Below, one piece after another: positions 11,101 to 21,291 of a stretch of DNA of 49,184 nucleotides. Position 1 is the first letter of the stretch, and each line of letters begins with the position of its first letter. Made by a program: the position numbers and the translations under genes. Source of the stretch: Ministeria vibrans ATCC 50519 (taxonomy: Eukaryota; Protista; Filasterea); contig CALSCP010000324.1 in NCBI GenBank assembly GCA_943704425.1, forward strand, positions 22,732 to 71,915, in the 5' to 3' direction. The notes below the pieces were generated by a model. It did not search any database. It saw only the letters and a list, made by a program, of their open reading frames with translations, and was not told where the DNA came from.

Positions 11101-13407
11101 CGGGCGACGGTGACGTGCGGTAGCGCAGCGTGGAGTTGCTCTCCTCCTCGGTCTGGCAGTACACTTCCGTCTTGCCGGGTGGCAGTCCACGAGCACGCAG
11201 CACCTGTACCTGTAGTTCGAATGAGAAGGACAGGTGCACGTGGGCCTGTGCGGTCGCCTCCGTTCTGCTTCCTTTGAGGTAGGTGCTCTTCTGAAGACAG
11301 GGCAACTCGCTGTCGAGGCACTTGCGGTGGGTTGTCTTGGAGCATTGACTGCACTTATAACCCTGGTAGCCAACACCCCACAAAAGTCCCTTGCAGCGCG
11401 AGCAAAACGTCGGTGTGTTGAAGTGTGTGAGCACAAAGTGGTGGCCGTTGACGTCGCGCGCCTGCTCCTCGCCCTTGACCGCCGCCAGTGTCTGCGAAAG
11501 TCCCTCCAGCACTCCCCCGTCTTCCCCATCCGGCTCATTCCCACGGCCCTTCTACAACACAAGGTTAAACAACGAGAAGAATATAAGGATATAATGGTAT
11601 ACCTTGAGAGAGCGCTTCTGTCCCGATCGATTGAGTCCCATCGAGTCCAAGAGATGCATCACAGCACGCTCTTCCGACACCTTCCACTCCTCGTAGCCGT
11701 TAGGCAGCTACACAAAACAGCATTATAAGTGTAATGCGATCGATGCAACAAGTGATGCACTGAGGGAGTGAGTACCATAAAGTAGGACTTGTTGTAAATG
11801 GGATGTGACTCGATCATCGACAGACGCACGTCGATCTCTGTGCGAAACACCTCCAGCTGCTCATTTTCGTCGTTGAGCTTCACCTGAGTGTCCAACTTAA
11901 TCTGCTCCAGCTCAGATACCCCAAAGATACGACGCAGCTCATTGAACATTCCCTGTTTTCCCATTGTTAAACTAAGAAAAACAGTTCATCGCGTTAGTGC
12001 CGAAGCGCAACATCATTAATGCCGATCAAACTCACTTCTTTTTCTTCTTCTTTTTCTTCGCTTCTTCGCCCGATTTCAAGTAAAACACCGCCAAAAACTC
12101 CTATTGTGACACAAAAAAAAAACAACAACAACATTGAAGAGTCAGATAGTGTGCAGGTCCAGTCCATCGACGTACCTTCTCGCAGACGGAACGGAGTTCT
12201 TCGGCCTTGTCTGCATCGAGTCGGTGCAGAAGATTGCGGCGAAGGACATTGTTAAAAATGTCAATGAAATCCTACAGAGAGGAACGGCAGCACACCGGTG
12301 AGAATAGACTTACGACAAATCGTTTTGAGTATACTTACTGTCAACGAGTGCCCCTTGCTATTGAGCAAGTCGCGGCCGGCCCCCGAAAGAAAGCTCACAA
12401 ACCACTTGATGGTCATAGTCATGACGGCGTCTTTGACATTGGGAGTCGCGTTCGTGTCGCCACTTCCCTGTGATGAAATAAAAACACAACCGTGCGTTAA
12501 CATTGAAGTATTGCTGCGGCGGTTTGTACAGTAGCTGTGTTCGAGGCGAGGTACTGCTCGAAACGGGACTTCATGGCTTGGAAGTCTTTTGATGACATGG
12601 TGCCTAAACGGGTCCAATGCAGAAAGAGAAAGAAACAAAGTGATAGAGAGAGAAAACAAAAAAAAAACAAAGATAGATACAAAATGTGAGAAACAAGCGA
12701 GAGCGAGAGCGAGTGAGAGAAAGGAGGGAGAAAGAAACAAAGTGATAGAGAGAGAGAGAGAGGCAAAGTGATAAAAACAAAGCGATATAAACAAAGTGAG
12801 AGAAACAAGCGAGAGAGAGAGTGTGTGTGTGTCAGCAGGTCAGCACACGACCGAGAAGAGGGCCCGTCACCTTTTCCAAAGGTCGACTCAATGCGAAAGA
12901 TGTCGTTGAAGAAGCCTTTTCTACGCCGTGACATTGCTCTTGAGTCATCGTCGTTGCTCTGCGAGAGAGGCAGGCCGACCACGCGCATGAGAGCCGTGTA
13001 AATGGGCATAATGTTAGTCTGGCAGAAAAAAAAAACACAAAATCAACACAAACTGTGTACACACCGAAACGACTCTCACCACGCCCTCCTCGTCCGCCCC
13101 TGCATCATCCCCATTGTCGCTGTCGTCGTCCTACACCCGGAGGGAGGAGAACAATCGCAAATCAGCTCATTCGTCAAACTTGGGATATAATTCGCTGTAC
13201 TTTGCTGATGTACGATTCGCGCTGTTTGCGTTGATCCGCCTCGCCAGCGTCCGCGTCAGCCTCCTCCGCTTCTACTTCCGGATCGCTGTCTTGGCCTTGA
13301 GCGCGACGTTGGGCACGGACGAGTTCATCGTCAAGATCGCTTCCCTCACTCTCGTCGTCCGATACTTGATCTTCATCAAGCAAAATTTCCTCGTCAGACA
13401 GGTCCAT
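7195..13407 (-). CDS. CADPS: CAPS/UNC-31 (calcium-dependent secretion activator) homolog with added C1 domain; multi-exon
   Basis: Collinear CAPS motifs: IYTALMRVVGLPL; FQAMKSRFEQYL; KQGMFNELRRIFGVSELEQ..LNDENEQLEVFRTEIDVRL (cf. [39 protein letters not shown]); C2 'HLSFSFELQVQVLRARGL..VYCQTE..LDDKTLGRVTI'; PH 'AGWVWCQGGPWKRWKKRY..KSEP..WVKSIMAATKQTYVP'; helical MUN-like C-terminal half. The last exon ends ..LIKEEMEK* at 7195. Confidence 0.85.
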
Positions 13408-13863
13408 GAGTATTGAGTGGTGACTACACTGGCCCTGAGATGGTCCTCTTTAAATTCTCCTTGATTGTTGAATAATTATTATTTTCAATAATCATTACCA
13501 AAATAACATCAATATTCATTTTGAATAATGAATATCAAATTATCAATCAATTTTTTCTCTCCGTTTCTTCACTCTCGTACTTCGATAAGCGCTGCTTAGC
13601 TCTGCTGCAGGTATGCCCTCCACGCGTTCTCCCATCGCCCGTGCCGCACCGTATGCTTCAACCAGAGACCTGTCGATCCCAATTCGCCATCTCTCTCATC
13701 GTACATGTGCAAGATCTCTCTCGTCGAATGGCGAGCGCTAGCATCAGCGCCACACCGACACATTCCCCTGGATGTGGTCTAGAGAGGTTAGCGAAATCTT
13801 AATTCTTTTTTTTTTTTTTTTTTTTTTGTGAAGGTGAAACTTTCGTTGTCCAACTGAGAGCGC

Positions 13864-16760
13864 ATGCCGACCACGGATCTACACGCATATGTAACAGCAC
13901 TGACTTGCGACGATGCTGAAGAGGTAACCGCCTGCGATGCGCCCATACGACATGTGTACAATTTCACACGAGACAAACGACACTTTCTGATTTTTTTTTG
14001 TGTTTTTTTTATTTTTTTGTCGTCGTCTCTTTTTTGATTTTGTTATCTCCAGCGACTTCAAGCAACGAGACGGCTAAGAAATGTCACGATCGGCAATCCA
14101 ACATACAAGGCGGCGCTTGTGTCCGCCGCGGTTCCCGCTCTCGTGACCATTGTCAACACAGAACTGTCTTTGACGTTTTCTGACGACGAGATGAGCACCA
14201 ATCGCGAACTGTCCGCGTCGCTGCTTGTTCAGGTGAGCTGCTTTGATAGTCAACCCACTTGCCTCCTTGCTTGCGTGTACACGTACTTATGCTTTACATA
14301 ATATTATAATAATTATTTTTATTCTTTAGGCGATGTCTACGCTTGGAAGTTTTGCTCACGGCTCTGAGGACGATATCCGCGTTGTTGTCGAAGGCAACAC
14401 TGTACCGGCACTCATATCTGCACTACAACATTCAACCGTAGGCGTGGTAGAGGCTGCAATGCGAACGTTGAAGATCGTCTATACGTAATTCTTATAATAT
14501 TCATAATAGTAATGATTATAATAATAATATTTTTTACAGGTCGAAGAAAGTGTCTCGAGAGTATTTGTTTCGCGGGGGTGATGTGACGTGTCGTCGACTC
14601 ATTGAGTTGCTTGGTGCGGGCGACAGTGTTGCTGAAAATGCTGCTCTTGTATTGGGACGATGCGGCGAGACAGAGGAACAACTGGAGTCTGTTGCGGCGG
14701 CTGGTGGTGTACATCAGCTCGTGTTGCTACTGACCAACCCACAACGGCGCGCGCTTGCCGTGGAGGCATCATTGGAAGCGCTTGCCATTCTGTCGGGTCG
14801 CAACGAACGTCTAGGACAACTTGTGGGCACAGTACTCTGCGGTGGCGACTCACTGTGTGCTGTTGGTGGCACTCTTCAGCGCCTCCTTTCCGATCCGCGA
14901 CCCCGCGTCCGTCTTTTTGCCTGCACAATTGTGTGTAATGTGGCATCTGTGGAGCCAACGGTGGCGACGTTTGGCACCCAGCGTCCTCTTGCCTTTATTT
15001 TGCCGGTTCTCATCAAGCTACTGAGTGAGCCATTGAACATTGCGGTGCGAGTTGAAGCACCACGTGTGCTCGCACGCCTCATTGAGAAGGACCCGTCCCT
15101 GCAAAAGGACGCAGGTGACTCGGAGGCTGTCAATAGGCTTATTGACTATCTCACCGACACCAATAACATGGCAGGAGCATTGCCCTCGTCACAACAACTG
15201 GCACAGTTGCACGAGAGTGCACTAATGGCACTTTCTGGACTTTGTGCGACTTCTGAGAGCACTCGCTCGCTTGTGGTTGGTGCAGGTGCTATGCCGCACA
15301 TTGCGCGTGGGCTCGAACATACCAGCAAAGTTGTTCGTGTGGCTGCGTGCCACTGTATTCGAGTACTCGCGCGCTCTGTCAAACTTGTGCGGACTGCCCT
15401 TGTAGACTGCGCCATCTCCCGCCCATTGTTTCACCTGTTGCAAGACGACGCTCTGGACGTTGTAGCCTCTGCGTCGGCGACCATTTGTAATGTTCTTCTT
15501 GACCACTCGCCCATTAAGGAGGTACTGTTCACCATGTCATTTGAGTTGTTACTTATAATTTTTTTTTAATTTTTTAATCTTGTGTTTTATTGTTCGCTGG
15601 CTAGGCTGCTCTCTGTGAGGGAGGTTTAGCTCGATTGGCCGCTCTTGCCACCAGCATGGACAGTACGGTGCGTCTTAACTGCATCTGGGCTCTGAAGAAC
15701 TTTTCCTATCAGGTCAGTCACTCGAAAAATAAGTTTTTCTTAGTTTTCTTTTTTGGATTGCGATATTTTCAAGTGATGGAACGAATGTTTTTGAAGGTCA
15801 ATCCTATGTGAACCATTTTACATTTTATACTCTCTTTCGGCTGATGAAAATATGAATCCAATAATAATAATTTATATTCTTTATTTTTGTGTTTTGTGAT
15901 TCAATTAATTAATTATGTGTTCTAAACGTTGATGTTTGTGTTTTGACAGGCCAAGCTGGCGGACAAGGCGAAAGTGTTGCAGGTGATGGAGTGGGAGCGA
16001 CTGTACGAGCTTCTGACGGATGAGTCTGTGATGATCCGCGAACAGGCACTGGGGCTTGTGCGCAATCTGGTCTGTGGCGGCGAAGACGTATGCACTTCTA
16101 TTGTGTCGTGTCTCTATCCTTGTTTCTTTTTATTTTTTATTTTGTAATGTTTTACTCTATAATTTTTTATTATGACTTGTATCAAACTTATATTTTGTGT
16201 GTGTTTTTGACTGTCCGTGTGTAGCATGTGGAGCAGCTGTTGACGTGTGGACCGGCGAACGGACTCTATTTGATTTTGCAACATATTGAGGCAAGATGCT
16301 TTGCGGCCGACGTACCGTCGTCGTATACAGTCATGGTATGTCATCTGCTTTGTGTTGTGTGTGAGTCTCAATGTCGCGGGTTGTGTGTTTAGGGTCTCTA
16401 CACTGTGTGCAACATTGCGTCTGGCGGCGCGTCACACAAAGAAGCAATCATGTCTCGCCATCTGCTTCTTCAGCACCTTCTTGATTCGCTTGGCGTGGAT
16501 CATTTGGCCACGCGCTGTGCGGCAGTCTGGTGTTTTGTAAATTTGACCTGGCCTGGAGAACCAGGTAAGAAGCAACTGTAGTAAATTGTGCATGTTTTGC
16601 GATTAGTTTTCTTATTATTGTTTTCTCAGGCTGCGAAGACTGCACAAGGCAGTTGCGTTCGATTCGACTTCAAGAGGAACTGGAGCGTGTGTCGACCCTT
16701 TGTCGCCAGGACGAGTTTCTCGATCGTGCCAAAATGGTCTTGGATCAATTAGCTGTGTAA
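13864..16760 (+). CDS. ARMC8: Armadillo repeat-containing protein 8 (ARMC8/Vid28/GID5, CTLH E3 subunit), multi-exon
   Basis: Spliced N-terminus MPTTDLHAYVTALTCDDAEE|RLQATRRLRNVTIGNPTYKAALVSAAVP; ARM repeats; 'CHCIRVLARSVKLVRTALVD', 'VRLNCIWALKNFSYQA', 'REQALGLVRNL'. Confidence 0.85.
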
Positions 16761-16956
16761 CTGTATACAAAAACCATGTTGTAATATGTAATTATTAGAA
16801 AGTTATTCTCAGCTGGCGACCAACTCGCCGTTTGTTGCAGTGTAAATAATGTGTGATCAGAGACCTAGGGAGCAGATTTGGTGAATAAAAATAATAATAA
16901 TTTTATTATTTTGTTTCGTTTTCGATTTTTTTTTTCTTCGCTTGATTTGAAACACG

Positions 16957-18481
16957 ATGATTCGAAAGAAGATTGATAGTCGTGTTCGAACGATCGTTGA
17001 GAATGGCGTCAATGTAAGAATGCACCAAAAGAAAAGGAAAATGAATCGACTGAACTCAACTTGCGTCTCCTTTCTCACGCGGGGTAGCTGCGCCATCGAA
17101 CGATGTTTGTTATTGTTGGAGACCGTGGGCGTGACCAGGTGCGTGAGGCAATGCAGCCGCATTCGCTGGTGTTTTTTCGATTTCCGCGTTGCATTGGTGC
17201 ACGAGGCGGTTGTCAGGTCCGTTGTCGTCTCGCGCTCACTCTTCCTCTGCTCAGATTGTCAACCTGCACTACATGCTGACCAAGGCGCAGACCAAGGCCC
17301 GCCCCTCTGTCCTCTGGTGCTACAAGAAAGAGCTGGGCTTCACGACGTAAGAAAACGATCAGTGTCGCGCGCACACAATTCACTGCGCTTCTCCTTTGTA
17401 TTGGCCACACACACACACACTCACGCACACACACACAGTCACAAGCACAAGCGCATGAGGGAGGTGAAGCGCAAGATCCAGCGGGGTCAAGCTGAAGCGG
17501 GCAAAGAGGATCCATTTGACTTGTTCATTTCATCGACTGACATTCGGTATGTCTGGCAGATGTGGTGTGGTGTGGTTTGCTTATATGTATATGTGCGTGT
17601 GTGTGTTTAAGGTACACGTACTACTCGGACACGCAAAAGATTCTTGGCAACACGTACGGCATGTGCGTGTTGCAGGACTTTGAGGCACTGACGCCCAACT
17701 TGCTGGCGCGCACCGTTGAGACAGTCGAGGGCGGCGGCCTCATTGTGCTCCTCTTGCGCACCATGAAGTCACTCAAGCAGCTGTACACCCTGTCCATGGT
17801 ACGCACTACAGCATCGATGCTAGAAGAGAGGAAGAAAGAGGGCAAAGTGATAGAGAAAGAAGCAAATGACAAAGAGTCTTGTGTGGGGGAGGAGAAAAGA
17901 CAAGCAACGTGTTGTAAATCAAAAAAAAATTAAATAAATTCTAGGATGTCCATGGACGCTTTCGCACGGAATCGCACGCGGACGTGCAACCGCGCTTCAA
18001 CGAGCGGTTCATTTTGTCGCTGGCAACATGTCAGACATGTCTGGTGGTGGACGATGCACTCAATGTACTGCCCATTTCGTCGCATTGTCTGTCGATTGAG
18101 CCTGTTGCGAATGCGCCTGAGACACGCGAAGAGACAAAGCGAGCAGCCGAGCTGCGCGATCTCAAGGTGGCGATGGCGGACACACAGCCGGCAGGGGCGC
18201 TGGTGAGCACGGCACGGACCATGGACCAGGCCAAAGCAATCCTCACGTTTGTGGAGGCCATTTCGGAGAAGACACTGCGCAGCACTGTGACGCTGACGGC
18301 TGCGCGTGGACGAGGCAAGAGTGCCGCCCTGGGCGTTGCCATGGCTGCCGCCGTGGCCTACGGCTACTCCAACATCTTCGTCACCAGTCCGTCGCCGGAG
18401 AATCTCAAGACTCTCTTTGAGTTTGTCTGCAAAGGATTCGATGCACTTGACATGCAGGTCAGAAGAGCGAAACAAAATGCC

Positions 18482-18517
<36 letters not shown>

Positions 18518-21260
18518 GAAACCTGATTCCTTTGTTTGTCGGTGTCTCGCTTTTTCATTGTCCAGAGGAGAAGTCAAGATCACTGACTTTGGGGTAAGTG
18601 GACAACTGGCAAGCACAATCAGCTCGTGTGCGTCATGGCTAGGGACCGTCACGTACATGTCCCCCGAACGTATCCTCGGCAAGTCCTACTCGGTCGCGAG
18701 CGACATTTGGTATGGATGCAAGGAACGAGATGAGCCGCCAACTTATCTAGCGTCGATGATGTGACTTGTGTAGGTCCTTTGGATTGACCATGCACGAACT
18801 GGCCATTGGTCGATTCCCGTACAAACTCGATTCGACAGCAAAGTCACAAGATGCCGGTTTCTGGGTCCTGCTTGACCGCATTGTGGACCACGACCCACCA
18901 GAACTCAGTCCCGAGACGTTTTCACCTGAGTTTAGAGACTTCCATCGTCTGTGGTATGCTGAGAGAGCAGGTGGGTGACAGTTCGCCTGATAAGCCTTGA
19001 CTCCTTTTCTAGCATGCGCAAGGCTCCCGCCGACAGACCGTCCGCCGCTCAGCTTCTAGAGCATCCTTTTGTCAGTGCACATCAATCCGATCAACAGAAT
19101 GTTGCACTAGCACATTTCATTGTGGAGTCAATTGCAAAGAAAACCAAAAGAAATCGGCGCTGATCGAGCTTGACTATCATCTGTACACTTAATTAAAAAG
19201 AACAGCAATATTGATAATAAAAAATAATAAAATAATATTAACAATATGTTTCAGTCAAAGAGGCCAAAACCCATGTCATCGTCACTTTCTTCATCCACTA
19301 GCATTGGTAGTGTCGCAGAACCCACGTGTATCACATCATCATCAGGAAGCATTGTCCCACTCTCAGACTCAACCTTAACTTCCTCGTCATCTTCAGCTGT
19401 GAGTGCTGCCACCAGCTCGTCCAGTTCGAGCGCTCGCGCAAGTGCCCTCAAACTCGTGAGTGCATTGCGACTCGCTTCGCACGGCACCACACGCAGTCGC
19501 AGCCACTGCAAGATCAGTGCAAAAACATCACTATCGCAATCAAGAAGTACACGATCTGCACCATCGCGCTCCAGTGTGTGTTGTTCTTCGTTGAACAGTT
19601 GCGCCAGCAGCGAGCGGGGTTCGCTTCGGAGAGTTGCAAGGGTCGTCTGGAACTCGCGACCACCCACATTGAGAGTGACAAACTCGTGTGCCTTGGGGTT
19701 TAGACGCACACACATACTCTTACGTGCCTCGACGCGTTGCAGATGCGCTTCTTCCGCCTCGGCGGCCTCTCGAGCGAGACTCTCTGCCTCGGCTCGCTCG
19801 GCCTCCTCTCGGGCGATTTGGATGCCCACTTTGCACGACTCAAGGTGTGCCGCAAGCTGGTCTCGTCGCACACTTGCGGTGCACCCCGCGCTGGCAAACT
19901 GACAGAGCTGGGGCGTGGCAGGGCACTCAAAATTGACGTGGTTGCGCACCGTGGCGGGCAGGCCTTTGAAGCTACATCCCTCGGCGGCATACTGACAGGG
20001 GGTGTGCTCACAAAATGGACGATGGTCGCCCAGAAGGAGGCCCCGTGGTCCGATCCAGTCACAGCCGTGCACGCGGTTTAGGCAGTGCACCTTAGGCTTG
20101 GACAGAAGTTGCAGGATAACTCTGTTCACATCCTTGATGTCATTCAGTGGATCAATAGGCTTGCAATCGAGCGGACAGGCGCGTTTTTCAGCGAGTGAGC
20201 GCTGAAGACACTCGCCACAGAACATATGGTTGCAGGGTACGAGCTCACGAGGCTCAAAAAGAGGCTGGTGGCAAATCTTGCACAGGAGCTCGTCGTCGAC
20301 GGGCGTTGCGGAAACGTAGTCAAATACTGTGAAAGTACGGAATTTTAGTCACAAAGGGAACATGATTTCTCGCTCTTTATGCACGGAGTGTATGACACTT
20401 GATTAATGATATGATGACAAGATGTGAGGGCGTTATGAGAAGTGTTTCTGGAATGATTAGAGTTTTTGTTCACTTACCGAAAGGATTCATAAAAAAAATC
20501 CGAAGAAGAGCACCAGTGAAACCACTGCGGTGTTGCCGAGAGCTCGATGGTCTATAGAGTTCGAAGGAAAAGCCGAGCTTTACTTCAAGTAAACGAATAA
20601 AACTGAAAGTCTGAAACTGAAACTTATAGAAGAAGAATACAACCCATATTTTATTAATGATACAACTGAAACTTATTAAAAAACAGTATGCACAGTCACC
20701 CAGCACTTACTGTAAGGCAAAAATAAATGCATTTACTTTATGCACCAATTTATTTACGCCATAGTAATAATTGGGATAACTTCGCGGAGCTGAGTGAGCT
20801 CCGTCGACAAAGTTTTGTTAAAAACTTCTCTTTGTTCTTTTAAGAGCTGAGAGGGGCAGCCAGACGTGGAAGAAAAGCTTAAACTTTAAAGCAAGGAGAC
20901 TCAGGAGAGAAGGAAAATAGAAAAGGGGGAGAAAAGATAATAGAAGAAGAATACGACCCATTTATTCATGATCAGAGAAAAGATAATAGACTGTTACAAT
21001 TGTACATTTCACTTGAGTTGGGAAATAGCATTTGTCGAGTTGCGCGCCTCGGCGACGGAGAGAAAGCCCTCACGCTTGCGGCAAGCCGCAGCTTTGACCT
21101 GTAGAAAAGTCTCACGAGTCCCCGCTGCTCGCCGTGTGGCTGGGGACGGCGAACAAAGGTGCCAAGGAGGAAACGAAAGTTGGCCGAAGACGACGATGTG
21201 GGTCTCTCCGCAGCAGGTTCCTCCGTCTCCGCCTTCTCCAACTACAACACCTNNNNNNNN

Positions 21261-21291
<31 letters not shown>

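Noticed and set aside
21159-21252. ORF-track fusion of MPRRKRK.. to a NAT10 exon (21159-21911)
   Set aside because: It reads through the N gap and poly-T intron sequence, so it is an artefact.
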